Source of the DNA: Pseudobdellovibrionaceae bacterium
Lineage (GTDB): Bacteria; Bdellovibrionota; Bdellovibrionia; Bdellovibrionales; JAMPXM01
Assembly: GCA_021463345.1 (NCBI GenBank)
Contig: JAJTYM010000002.1
Coordinates: forward strand, 33,422-97,421
Reading direction: 5' to 3'
Length of the DNA: 64,000 bases
Made by a program: the position numbers and the translations under genes. Below are positions 29,863 through 38,920 of the stretch, one piece after another (the first letter of the stretch is position 1; every line of letters begins with the position of its first letter). The notes below the pieces were generated by a model. That model had not been told where the DNA came from. It worked only from the letters and a program-made list of their open reading frames with translations, and made no database searches.

Positions 29863-30666
29863 ATGCGTTCCCGCCGCTTTTTTCCCTTGGTTTTTGCCTG
29901 TTCCCTGCTTTGGACCATGGCGCTCCACGGCCAAGCGAAAACGGCGCGGGAGCTGCACGAAGCAGGCATCGCCGCCTTCCGCAACAACGACGGATCCGCC
30001 GCGCGCGAAGCGCTGCAAAAATCCCTGGAGCTCGAACCCGACAGGCCGGCCGCATTGTACAACCTGGGCCTCGTCGAGTTTCATGCCGGCAACGAAGGGC
30101 TCGGAATCGGCCTTTGGCGCAAAGCATTAACCGTTTCGCCTGATTTCCGCCCCGCGCGGGACGCGCTCACCTGGTCCGCCGCGAAGATCCCTCGCTCGAT
30201 CAATCGCGACCCAGGCTTCTGGCACGCGTTCCGCAAGGCCGTCGTCGCCCGGATCGGCATGATCGACGTCCTGGCTCTCGCTTTGCTTTTCACCTTCCTC
30301 TCGGGATTCCTCCTCTTGCGCCATTTCGGGCGGCGACGGCGCGCTCGACTCGACGAAAGGCCGCTGCCTTCGTTCCCGGCCGCCGCCGCGCTCTTCGTCG
30401 CCCTCCTCTCCCTCTCCCTCTCCCTCACGGCCATCAAAGCCTACGACCTGACCGTGGTCCGGGGCACGGTCCTCGCCGACCGCACACCCGCGCGCACGAC
30501 CCCGGACCCGCAAGCGACGCCGCTCTTCGATTTGTTTGAAGGCGCGGAAGTGATCGTGCGACAATCACGAGGTGACTGGCGACAAATCTCGGTCCCCGGC
30601 GGATTGACCGGCTGGGTGCCTAGCAGCGCGCTGTTCTTATCCTCCAGCCGACGGGCCGAGCGGTGA
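29863..30666 (+). CDS. TPR + transmembrane + SH3b-domain protein (BatE-like architecture)
   Basis: ORF 29827..30666. ATG 29863 gives signal-like MRSRRFFPLVFACSLLWTMALHG. TPR helices include AALYNLGLVEFHAGN. The C-terminal SH3b-like segment is GAEVIVRQSRGDWRQISVPGGLTGWVPSSAL. Confidence 0.7.
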   Translation: MRSRRFFPLVFACSLLWTMALHGQAKTARELHEAGIAAFRNNDGSAAREALQKSLELEPDRPAALYNLGLVEFHAGNEGLGIGLWRKALTVSPDFRPARDALTWSAAKIPRSINRDPGFWHAFRKAVVARIGMIDVLALALLFTFLSGFLLLRHFGRRRRARLDERPLPSFPAAAALFVALLSLSLSLTAIKAYDLTVVRGTVLADRTPARTTPDPQATPLFDLFEGAEVIVRQSRGDWRQISVPGGLTGWVPSSALFLSSSRRAER

Positions 30667-31232
30667 ACATTCTCTGGGACAACATCTTCCGCAAACCGAA
30701 GAAAGAGGACGATATCCGCACCGTCCTCAAGGAAAACGTGTTGTTCCGCGACTTGAGCGAACGCGAGCTCTCTTTCGTGCAGGACATCGTGCACGTGCGG
30801 CGCTACCACTCGGGCGAAGCCGTCTTCCGCCAGGGGGAAGTCGGGGTCGGCATGTACATCATCGTCAAAGGCCGGATCGAGATCTACGTTACCGACCCGA
30901 ACGCCGCGCAGGAGGAGTTCCGCGACATCTACATCACGCAACTCCTCGACGGCGATTTTTTCGGCGAGCTGTCCCTGGTCGAGGAAAACGGCCGGCGCAC
31001 GGCTTCGGCCGTCGCGCGCGACGAGACGGTCCTGATCGGCTTCTTCAAGCCCGACCTCACCGAAATCCTCGAACGCAACCCATCGACCGGCGTGAAAATC
31101 GTGTTCCGCCTCGCCGAAGTCCTCGGCCGCCGGCTGAAGGAGACGACCGACAAAGTCTCCGAGCTGCGCAAGACCCTCAAGGAGCTGCGGGGACCCCCGC
31201 CGATCGCGCCCTATGATGGACAAGAAACTTGA
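30663..31232 (+). CDS. cyclic-nucleotide-binding domain protein
   Basis: The GTG start overlaps the upstream stop (GTGA). The CAP-type cNMP domain has phosphate-binding cassette FGELSLVEENGRRTASAVA. Length is 189 aa. Confidence 0.8.
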   Translation: MNILWDNIFRKPKKEDDIRTVLKENVLFRDLSERELSFVQDIVHVRRYHSGEAVFRQGEVGVGMYIIVKGRIEIYVTDPNAAQEEFRDIYITQLLDGDFFGELSLVEENGRRTASAVARDETVLIGFFKPDLTEILERNPSTGVKIVFRLAEVLGRRLKETTDKVSELRKTLKELRGPPPIAPYDGQET

Positions 31233-32286
31233 AAGCAGGCTCCGACGCGAGCGCTGGCTGAAACTGTCCGCTTTCCTGCTGATCCACCTGATCGGCATCG
31301 TCCTGCTGTTCACGATCGACAACCTGCTCGTCTCATTCGTCCTCGCGTTCGTCATCAATTACCTGCTCGCGCCTTTGGTGAGTTTTTTCGAGCGCAAGAG
31401 CATCCCTCGCCACGTCGCGATCCTGATCCCGTATTTCACCTCGTTCCTCCTGATCGGCGTCGCGGTTTACCTCATCCTCCCTCTCGTGACCGAGCAGATC
31501 GCGTCGCTCGAAGCGCAGCTGCCCACGTACCAACGCGACCTGCTCGCGCTCATCGGCCGCGTCGAGACGCGGATCAAGACACTGGTCAACCTGCACGAAC
31601 TCAACGCCACGCAAACCGCCAACAACTGGTTGATCGCGAAAACAGCGGAACTCTCAACGATCCTCCCGGCGATCGTCTCGCAGTCCCTGACGGTCGCGCT
31701 GCTCGCGCCGTTCCTCGCCTATTTCATGCTCCAGGACGGGCGCAGGATTTCCCGCGGGCTCCTGTCCATGGTGCCGAACAACCTCTTCGAGCTCGCGCTC
31801 AACCTGCACCACCAGATCAACGATCAAATGGGCGGGTTCATCCGCGCGCGCTTCCTCGAAGCCGCGATCGTGGGCCTGGTCGTGTGGCTGGGCCTGGCCA
31901 TCATCGGGTTCCCGTACGCGCCGCTTCTGGCGATCTTCGCCGCCCTCACGAACCTGATCCCGTACATCGGCCCGATCATCGGAGCCGTGCCGGCTGTCCT
32001 GATCGCGCTCATCTCGGAGGACGGCGCCGTCTACCAATCGATGAGCGTCAACCTCGTGGTCGTGACGTCGATCTACTTCATCGCGCAGCTGATCGACGTC
32101 CTGTTCATCATCCCGTTCGTCGTCGCCAGGATCGTGAACCTGCACCCGGTCACGGTCATCCTCGTGATCATCATCGGCGCCCAGCTCATGGGGATCCTCG
32201 GGATGGTGATATCGATTCCCGTCGCGAGCGTCCTGAAGCTCACGTTGACGGCCGTCTACAACCACCTCCTCGATTTCCGGGCTTAA
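31213..32286 (+). CDS. AI-2E (PerM/YhhT) family transporter
   Basis: The 357-aa polytopic membrane protein carries NLIPYIGPIIGAVPAVLIAL, typical of the AI-2E family. Its start overlaps the previous gene by 20 nt. Confidence 0.85.
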   Translation: MMDKKLESRLRRERWLKLSAFLLIHLIGIVLLFTIDNLLVSFVLAFVINYLLAPLVSFFERKSIPRHVAILIPYFTSFLLIGVAVYLILPLVTEQIASLEAQLPTYQRDLLALIGRVETRIKTLVNLHELNATQTANNWLIAKTAELSTILPAIVSQSLTVALLAPFLAYFMLQDGRRISRGLLSMVPNNLFELALNLHHQINDQMGGFIRARFLEAAIVGLVVWLGLAIIGFPYAPLLAIFAALTNLIPYIGPIIGAVPAVLIALISEDGAVYQSMSVNLVVVTSIYFIAQLIDVLFIIPFVVARIVNLHPVTVILVIIIGAQLMGILGMVISIPVASVLKLTLTAVYNHLLDFRA

Positions 32287-32372
32287 GCGCGGATCCCCTA
32301 AGCCCCCGTAAGCCCTCCGTGAATCCCCATGGCTCCGCGGCTTTCAGGAGACCCCGCCAGGGGCCCTTTCGA

Positions 32373-32401
32373 TTGACTTCGCACGCACCCCGTCATTAAA
32401 C
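32373..32401 (+). promoter_or_regulatory. candidate sigma-70 promoter for bamD
   Basis: TTGACT, a 17-nt spacer, then TTAAAC. It ends about 40 nt upstream of ATG 32442. Confidence 0.35.
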
Positions 32402-32441
32402 TCTCACACGAGAACGTGAAGCGCGCCTTTTGGAGCAATAG

Positions 32442-33197
32442 ATGAAAAAGCCCGTTTTCCCCGCCGCCCTGGCTCTCGCTTTCATCGTCTCGGCCGGTTG
32501 CTCGAGCATCGACAAGATCGACGCCAGCACTCCCGAGGGCGCCTATCAACTCGCCGAAGAGTATGAAAAAGACGAACGCTACGACGAAGCCGCCCAGCGC
32601 TACCAGGAAGTCCGCACGAAGTTCCCTTACAGCAAGTACGCGACGATGGCCGAGCTCAGGGCCGCCGACGTGCACTTCAAGCGGGAGGCGTTCGTCGAAG
32701 CGCAGGCCGCTTACCAGCTTTTCAAGGACTTCCACCCGAAACACCCGCAGATCGACTACGTCACCTTCCGCCTGGGCCTGAGTTACTTCAACCAACTCCC
32801 GAGCACGATCGACCGCGACTTGAGCGTGGCCGACAAGTCGATCCTCTATTTCGACGAAGTCGCGACGTCGTACCCGGGATCTCAGCACGTCGCCGAAGCC
32901 CAAGCGAAAAAAGCCGCCGCCCTCAGAATGCTCGCCGAGAAGGAGCTCTACGTCGCTGACTTCTACGTGAGGCGCAAAACCTTCGACAGCGCGCTCCTAC
33001 GCTACGAATACCTGCTCAAAACCTTCCCCAACAGCGGCTTCGAGCCGCGCGCCCTCTACGGAGCTGCGCGCAGCGCTTTCGAGACCGGCGAGAAGGACCG
33101 CGGACTGCAGCACTACCGCAAACTCACAAGCCTCTACCCATCCGCGGCGGAGGCGAAACAAGCCAGGGACGAGTTCGAGAGATATGGCGCAAACTGA
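32442..33197 (+). CDS. bamD: outer membrane protein assembly factor BamD
   Basis: The lipobox is FIVSAGCSS. The TPR-like body includes YQLAEEYEKDERYDEAAQRYQEVRTKFPYSKYA. Length is 251 aa. Confidence 0.85.
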   Translation: MKKPVFPAALALAFIVSAGCSSIDKIDASTPEGAYQLAEEYEKDERYDEAAQRYQEVRTKFPYSKYATMAELRAADVHFKREAFVEAQAAYQLFKDFHPKHPQIDYVTFRLGLSYFNQLPSTIDRDLSVADKSILYFDEVATSYPGSQHVAEAQAKKAAALRMLAEKELYVADFYVRRKTFDSALLRYEYLLKTFPNSGFEPRALYGAARSAFETGEKDRGLQHYRKLTSLYPSAAEAKQARDEFERYGAN

Positions 33198-33906
33198 CGT
33201 GAACGGACTTCTCGATACGACGCGCGAGCACTTCCGCGAGGGCAACTACAGGATCGCGGAATCGCTCCTGCAGCAGCTCCTGCTCCAGGACAGCAAAAAC
33301 CCCGAAGTTTTCCACATGTTGGCCACGATCTACTACGACCAGGGCAAGTTCAACAAAGCCATCAAGACGTTCCGGCGGGCCCTCGAGATAGACCCTGCTT
33401 ACACCGACGCGAGCGTCGGGCTTTCGATCATCCTCAACGACCTCGGCAAATACGAGGAGGGGAAAAAAGTCTTCGTCGACGCTCAGGAAACCCTCGCGCG
33501 CCGCAATCACGAGAGCGACCCGTACGTGCAGGAGCGCCTGGCCACCAAGCACGACGAGCTCGGCGAGCTCTACTTCCAGTACAAACGGTACGATGAGGCT
33601 CTCCGGCAATACGAATGCGCGCTCGCGCTCTCCTCGCGCAAGGCCGAGCTCAAGATGAAAATCATCGAATGCTTCATGAAAAAAGACGACGCCACCCTGG
33701 CCTTCAAAGAACTTCGCGCGCTCGTGCAGGAATACCCGCAGTTCGTCCCGGCCCGCCTGAAGCTCGGTGTCCTGTATTGGAGCGCCAAACGCACGGTCGA
33801 GGCGATCGAGCAATGGGAAAGCGTCCTGCTGCGAGATCCCGAGCACCCGCAAGCCCTCAAGTACCTGCAGATGGCGCAGGAGGCCGGCTCGACGTTGGTG
33901 ACATGA
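33184..33906 (+). CDS. TPR-repeat protein
   Basis: The 240-aa ORF has repeated TPR helices (FHMLATIYYDQGKFNKAIKTFRRALEIDPAY...). It overlaps the bamD end by 14 nt. Confidence 0.75.
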   Translation: MAQTDVNGLLDTTREHFREGNYRIAESLLQQLLLQDSKNPEVFHMLATIYYDQGKFNKAIKTFRRALEIDPAYTDASVGLSIILNDLGKYEEGKKVFVDAQETLARRNHESDPYVQERLATKHDELGELYFQYKRYDEALRQYECALALSSRKAELKMKIIECFMKKDDATLAFKELRALVQEYPQFVPARLKLGVLYWSAKRTVEAIEQWESVLLRDPEHPQALKYLQMAQEAGSTLVT

Positions 33907-33941
33907 TCTGAACCTATACCATTTTCGCATGGAGCGTTTCG

Positions 33942-34460
33942 ATGGCGCGGTTGAAAGACAGCATGATCGTTTACCTGACCCGCGGCGAGATCGACGAGAT
34001 GATCGTCCGCCTGGGCAAGGAAATCGAAATGGATTACCGGGGCAAGGAGCTGACCCTGATCTGCCCGCTCAAGGGCTCGTGCGTTTTCCTCGCCGACCTT
34101 TGCAGGCAGATCCGCCTGCCCCAGCAGATCGATTTCGTGCATCTTGCCGCCGCTGAGGAGTTCGGTACCGTTCGGATCCTCAAGGACATCAGCGTGAACA
34201 TCGCCGGCAAACACGTGCTCGTAATCGAGGAAATCATCGACACGGGCCGCACGCTGAGTTTTCTGAGGAACCGCCTGCTCGCGTCCTCACCGGCCTCGCT
34301 CAAGATCGTCACGCTCCTCGACAAGCCCGCCCGGCGCGAGATCCCGCTCAAACCAGACTATTCGGGCATGACGATCGACGACCGCTACGTCGTCGGTTAC
34401 GGCATGGATTCCGACGAACTCGGCCGCAATTACGGCGACATTTTTTATTTCAAACAGTGA
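33942..34460 (+). CDS. hpt: hypoxanthine phosphoribosyltransferase
   Basis: The PRPP-binding motif is VLVIEEIIDTGRTL, and the C-terminus reads YVVGYGMDSDELGRNYGDIF. Length is 172 aa. Confidence 0.9.
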   Translation: MARLKDSMIVYLTRGEIDEMIVRLGKEIEMDYRGKELTLICPLKGSCVFLADLCRQIRLPQQIDFVHLAAAEEFGTVRILKDISVNIAGKHVLVIEEIIDTGRTLSFLRNRLLASSPASLKIVTLLDKPARREIPLKPDYSGMTIDDRYVVGYGMDSDELGRNYGDIFYFKQ

Positions 34461-34532
34461 ACGCCTGGACGCGAGTCCGGGCGACGGGCCACGGTCCGAT
34501 CGATCGCGACGGCATCGGATCGATCCTCGAGT

Positions 34533-34625
34533 TCAATTCACGATGACGTTGACGACGAAGAAAAGCACCACCGAATACACGAATAAGAGGATTAGTTTGT
34601 TGGACAGCACGATGATCCGCTCCAC
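34533..34625 (-). CDS. candidate 30-aa hydrophobic mini-ORF
   Basis: Hand translation from GTG 34625 gives VERIIVLSNKLILLFVYSVVLFFVVNVIVN, with an in-frame TAG just upstream. The codons are locally AT-rich. There is no convincing SD. Confidence 0.2.
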   Translation of the reverse strand: MERIIVLSNKLILLFVYSVVLFFVVNVIVN

Positions 34626-34898
34626 GATGTTGGGAAGACACCCCTAAAAAGCCGGATCCCCTTCGCTGTCATTCCCCACCGGCGGGAAAGCTTCCCGCGG
34701 ACGCGGCGCAGCTCCCATCGGCTTGGCGAAACAGCCTCCCGCTCACGCCACCCGCGATCCGGCAGCCAGGCGGTCCATCACGCTCCAGCGGCGACCCTTT
34801 AAGAACGATGTCCTCTGTTTCAATCGAGCTTAAAGATCATGACGACTAACGTCAAGACTTAGGCTAAGGCTTCCAATATCTTAGCCCTTAGCGTTATT

Positions 34899-36311
34899 TC
34901 ACACGATAGCGCCGACAAGATCGTAATCATGGGCATCCGTAATTCGTACGTTCACAATTTGACCGATCTCGGCCTGCCCATCGTTGATGTACACGACTCC
35001 GTCGATATCGGGAGCTTGCTGCGACATCCGACCCTGGAGCAGCAAGTCGGTTTCCTCGCTCAACCCCTCAACGAGCACAGGCACAACCCGACCGATGAAC
35101 GCGCGATGCTTCTCGCGGCTGATTTCCATTTGCGCTTCCATCAGTTCGTCGTGACGACGTTGTTTGACCGCTTCGTCGACCTGGTCCCCGAACCCACCGG
35201 CCGGCGTATTGTCCTCGGGCGAGTAGATGAAGCAGCCGACGCGGTCGAAGCGTTGTTCTTTCACGAAACGCAGGAGTTCCTGGAAATCCTCTTCGGTCTC
35301 GCCTGGGAAACCGACGATGAACTGCGTGCGGATCACCGCCTCCGGGATCTCGGCGCGGATCTTGCCCAAACGCTCCGTGATCTCCTCGCAGGTCATGTGG
35401 CGGTTCATGCGCTTGAGCACGGCGTCGCTGATGTGCTGCAAGGGCATATCGAAGTACTTGACGAGTTTCGGCCGCGTCTTGATCAATTCGATCATCTCGT
35501 CGCTGACGCCGTCCGGATAAAGGTACAGCACGCGCACCCAATCGAGCCCATCGATGTCCGCCAGAGCCGCCAGCAACGCTTCCGGCCGCTCGACGGCGCC
35601 CGCCCCCTTGCGGCGCAAATCCCAACCGAAGTCGGTGAAGTCGTGCGAAACGACGTTGAGCTCGCGCACTCCGCCGGCGACGAGCAACCGCGCCTCGCCG
35701 ACGATCGCCGGCAGGCGCCGCGACTGCAGATTGCCCCGGATCTTCGGGATCGCGCAGAACGCGCAGCGTTTCAGGCAACCTTCCGAGATCTTCAGGTACG
35801 CGGTGTGCTTGGGCTGCGAATTCACCCGCGGCGTGTTTTCCTCCTGCAGGTACGTGGGCAAGTTGAAGTAAGTCTTCTTGCCGGCCCCGGACTCCTCGTC
35901 GCGCAGGATTCGGGAGATGTTCTGGAACTCGCCGGACCCGATGAACACGTCCGCTTCCGGCAACCCATCGACCAGGTCGTGCTTGTAGCGCTGCGTGAGG
36001 CAGCCGGCGACGACGAGTTTCTTCAGGTGCCCCGTCTTCTTGAGTTCGGCCATCTCGAGGATCTTGGAGATCGACTCCTTTTTCGCGTCATCGATGAAGC
36101 CGCAGGTGTTCACGACCACCGTATCGGCTTCGCTCGAATCATCGGTGACCACGTAGCCGTCCTGCATCAGGTTGCCGAGCATGATCTCGCCGTCGACGAG
36201 GTTCTTCGGGCAGCCCAGGCTGACGAAATGCACTTTCTTCGGCGCCGCGCCCGCCTGCGCGTTCACTCGGGCCGAAGCCGGGGCGGACATGTGGTTCTCT
36301 TCTCGTTCCAT
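34899..36311 (-). CDS. rimO: ribosomal protein S12 methylthiotransferase
   Basis: AGGAG SD precedes ATG 36311. The N-terminus has KVHFVSLGCPKNLVDGE, and the radical-SAM motif is CLKRCAFCAIP. A C-terminal TRAM region is present. Length is 470 aa. Confidence 0.9.
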   Translation of the reverse strand: MEREENHMSAPASARVNAQAGAAPKKVHFVSLGCPKNLVDGEIMLGNLMQDGYVVTDDSSEADTVVVNTCGFIDDAKKESISKILEMAELKKTGHLKKLVVAGCLTQRYKHDLVDGLPEADVFIGSGEFQNISRILRDEESGAGKKTYFNLPTYLQEENTPRVNSQPKHTAYLKISEGCLKRCAFCAIPKIRGNLQSRRLPAIVGEARLLVAGGVRELNVVSHDFTDFGWDLRRKGAGAVERPEALLAALADIDGLDWVRVLYLYPDGVSDEMIELIKTRPKLVKYFDMPLQHISDAVLKRMNRHMTCEEITERLGKIRAEIPEAVIRTQFIVGFPGETEEDFQELLRFVKEQRFDRVGCFIYSPEDNTPAGGFGDQVDEAVKQRRHDELMEAQMEISREKHRAFIGRVVPVLVEGLSEETDLLLQGRMSQQAPDIDGVVYINDGQAEIGQIVNVRITDAHDYDLVGAIV

Positions 36312-36344
36312 CTGATCTCCTAAAGGTTCCCGCGGCGAGGGCGC

Positions 36345-36833
36345 TCAAGAGCGCATGTTGATGAATTGGAGCGGGAGACCGAATTTTCCGGACCGGCAAT
36401 GGGCCATCGTCGCCTGCAGGTCGTCGATGCTTTTCGAAGTGACGCGGACTTGCTCGTCCATGATCTGCGGCTGAACCTTGAGCTTGCTGTCCTTGATGCT
36501 CTTGACGATCGCCTTGGCCGCTTCCTTGTCGATCCCCTGCTTGAGCGCGCCTTTTTGTTTCCACAGCAGGCCGCCGGCGGGCTCGGCCCTTTCCCATTTG
36601 ACCGAGCTCATTTCGACGCCGCGTTTGTGCAGCTTCGATTGAAGTATGTCGCGCACGATATCGACGCGCTTTTCGTCGTTGGACGTCAACGTGATCGCGG
36701 ATTTTTTATCCCACTCGATCCCGCTGCCCGTGCCTCGCAGGTCATAGCGGTTCTCGACCTCTTTCTTCGCCTGGTTGACGGCGTTGTCGACTTCCTGGAG
36801 GTCCACTTCCGATACGATGTCGAACGAAGGCAT
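36345..36833 (-). CDS. yajQ: YajQ-family nucleotide (c-di-GMP)-binding protein
   Basis: MPSFDIVSEVDLQEVDNAVNQAKKEVENRYDLRG is the YajQ/UPF0234 N-terminus. Length is 162 aa. Confidence 0.9.
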   Translation of the reverse strand: MPSFDIVSEVDLQEVDNAVNQAKKEVENRYDLRGTGSGIEWDKKSAITLTSNDEKRVDIVRDILQSKLHKRGVEMSSVKWERAEPAGGLLWKQKGALKQGIDKEAAKAIVKSIKDSKLKVQPQIMDEQVRVTSKSIDDLQATMAHCRSGKFGLPLQFINMRS

Positions 36834-36851
36834 TGGCCCGTCCTCCCTAGG

Positions 36852-37682
36852 TTAGATCGCCGTCACGTCCGCGTTTTCCGGCGGAACGAACTCAAAGGAC
36901 TTCGCGGGCGCGCGGACATCGAATTTCACGTTCGAAAACCGCAGCCGCGTCTCGTTGTCGCGCTCGTCCCAGTAGCGCAGCTCGGCGATGGACCGCCCGT
37001 CGCCCGAGGCCGTCAGCTGCGCGCGCTTGAATTCGAAGCTCTGCGCGTTCGGCACCAGGAAATACACGTCCCGGCCCTCGTCGTCCTTCTGCGCTCCCAC
37101 GATTTTGAAATGCTTGAGGATCCCACCGCGAGTGAGAAGGCTGACGAAGCTCCGCTGCGCGCCCTTCTTGGAGTCGAGCGGGCCTTTGAGGACCTGAACC
37201 GACGCGTCCTTGAACTCGACCGACGGGTAATCGGCGATCCACAAGGTTTTGCCGTCGACCACCACGATCGACTTGTCGGGCGAGTCGATCTCCATGCGCA
37301 TCCTGCCTTTGGACAGAAGCAAACGGCCTTTCGATTTTTTTTCTTTCCCGAGCAAACCCAGCGACAACGTTTTGTCGACGTCCATCGCGATGGATGAAGC
37401 CTCTTGGTAACGTTTGTCGATCTCTTTGAGCGCCTTGAGCGCTCGGGCGGGCGCCGCCGAGGGGGCGGCGGTGGCTTTGCCCGGCGTCGCGCTCGGCTCA
37501 GGCGATGCCATCCGTTTCAAGGGAGCCGGCGATGACTTCGACGTCGCCGCCTTCACCGGTTCCGTAGCGCTCATGACATCATCCGGCAAACCACTGAGAT
37601 CGTTCGCGCGTGCGAATCGAGGAGCGGACGGCAGCCAAACGAGGGCCACCAACGATAGGGTCGAAAACCGGTGACAAAGCAT
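36852..37682 (-). CDS. LolA-like outer-membrane lipoprotein carrier family protein
   Basis: A signal peptide and a low-complexity linker are followed by a LolA-like body: GRLLLSKGRMRMEIDSPDKSIVVVDGKTLWIADYP...FEFVPPENADV. Confidence 0.72.
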   Translation of the reverse strand: MLCHRFSTLSLVALVWLPSAPRFARANDLSGLPDDVMSATEPVKAATSKSSPAPLKRMASPEPSATPGKATAAPSAAPARALKALKEIDKRYQEASSIAMDVDKTLSLGLLGKEKKSKGRLLLSKGRMRMEIDSPDKSIVVVDGKTLWIADYPSVEFKDASVQVLKGPLDSKKGAQRSFVSLLTRGGILKHFKIVGAQKDDEGRDVYFLVPNAQSFEFKRAQLTASGDGRSIAELRYWDERDNETRLRFSNVKFDVRAPAKSFEFVPPENADVTAI

Positions 37683-37694
37683 TGGCGCACCCTA

Positions 37695-38372
37695 TCAAAA
37701 TTCCCCAAATTTCACAACTTTGGGGCGGCTCGCCAAAGCCCAGGCCACGAAATCCGATGGCCTTCCCAAAGCCGAATGGGCCGCGCGCGCGGTGGATCCG
37801 GTCGTAATCACGTCATCAACGAAAACAAGGGTCTCGCGCGCGGCCAGTTTTGGAAAATATTTCGCGATCAAGATCCGCTTCCGGCGCGCAGCCGCTCCGA
37901 GTTTCTTCTGAGGCTTCGCGGACGCCTCCATGGGAAAGCCCAAACAGAGCTCGAGCCTGCCGCCCCAAACGGACGCCAGTTCCTCGGCGAAGGCGAACGC
38001 ATGATCGCGGACGCCGTCCCGCGAGGGCGACGGCACGAACACGGGACGAATCACCTCCGAATCGAGAGCGCGAGCGCCCCAGTGCGCCGCGAGCGAACGC
38101 CACGCGAGCCTTCGGGCGCCGGATTTCAAAGCGCGCACGGCCGCACCGACGGTGGAATCCGAGTCCAGCGTCCAGTCGAAGAGCCAACGTGTCAGGAAAC
38201 CGTGTTCCCATGAACGCGCTCGTTCCGAAGGCGCTTCATATTCGAGCAACAACCAACTACACGATGGACAGAAGAGCGCGACGCCCGACCACTCCGCGCG
38301 GCCGCAGCGGGCGCAAACGTAAAACGACGCGCCGATCTCGGCCACCCACTCGCGAAACGGAGGAAGATTCAT
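37695..38372 (-). CDS. comF: ComF-family phosphoribosyltransferase-domain protein
   Basis: ATG 38372 gives MNLPPF... N-terminal Cys pairs are CARCG...CPSC, and the PRTase motif is LVFVDDVITTGSTA. The upstream part of track ORF ..39038 is rejected. Confidence 0.8.
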   Translation of the reverse strand: MNLPPFREWVAEIGASFYVCARCGRAEWSGVALFCPSCSWLLLEYEAPSERARSWEHGFLTRWLFDWTLDSDSTVGAAVRALKSGARRLAWRSLAAHWGARALDSEVIRPVFVPSPSRDGVRDHAFAFAEELASVWGGRLELCLGFPMEASAKPQKKLGAAARRKRILIAKYFPKLAARETLVFVDDVITTGSTARAAHSALGRPSDFVAWALASRPKVVKFGEF

Positions 38373-38473
38373 GCGGGCCCCCGCTCTGCAATCGGCGTGG
38401 CGGAGCCGTGAGCGCCCGCTATCGCGCCGCGAGCTCTCCTCGGAACGAACGCCGGAAACGGGAACGGAACGCC

Positions 38474-38911
38474 TCAAAACGCCTTTCGGAAATAAACGAC
38501 CCGCTCGGTCTCCACGAAACCCCAGGCCGAATGCGCGTCGCGCGACACCATGTTGTTCACGTCGGTGTCCGAGCCGAGTTCCACGAATCCCCGGGCGCGG
38601 CACCAAACCACGATCGCGCCGACCAGCATGGCACCCACTCCATGCCGCCGCCAGCCCGGGTCGACCCAGATCCCCTCCAGAAACGGAACGGGCCGGGACT
38701 CGCACCCGTTCGCGTAAGGCCGCACGGAGACCTCCGCGAAGGCGACGGACCCGGTTCCAGGCTCTTCCGCCAGGAAACAGACGAAAGATGGATCCCGGGC
38801 GAGCTCGCGCATCTCCCGACGGTGCTCGGCCTCGGCCCCTCGCGGCCAAAGCAACAGCCGCATCCTCAGCCACTCGACGCTTTCGCCGTCCTTGAGTTCG
38901 TGGATCCTCAT
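38474..38911 (-). CDS. GNAT acetyltransferase closely resembling AAC(6')-I aminoglycoside acetyltransferases
   Basis: The 145-aa ORF shares the string pattern I recall from AAC(6')-Iy-type enzymes: LWP..., ANGCESRPVPFLEGIWVDP, RRHGVG, GSDTDVNNMVS, AWGFVETERVVYFRK. Confidence 0.78.
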   Translation of the reverse strand: MRIHELKDGESVEWLRMRLLLWPRGAEAEHRREMRELARDPSFVCFLAEEPGTGSVAFAEVSVRPYANGCESRPVPFLEGIWVDPGWRRHGVGAMLVGAIVVWCRARGFVELGSDTDVNNMVSRDAHSAWGFVETERVVYFRKAF

Positions 38912-38920
38912 CGTGAGCGC

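Noticed and set aside
30407-30426. Hexanucleotide repeat (tctccc)x3 inside the TPR/SH3b gene
   Set aside because: It encodes LSLSLSL within a TM segment. The unit length is a multiple of three, so slippage would not shift the frame, and it is too short to call a phase-variation tract.
34450-34641. 63-aa minus-strand ORF overlapping the hpt 3' end
   Set aside because: It is basic low-complexity sequence with no SD, and it overlaps hpt. Another frame in the same stretch gives a more protein-like, though still doubtful, hydrophobic peptide.
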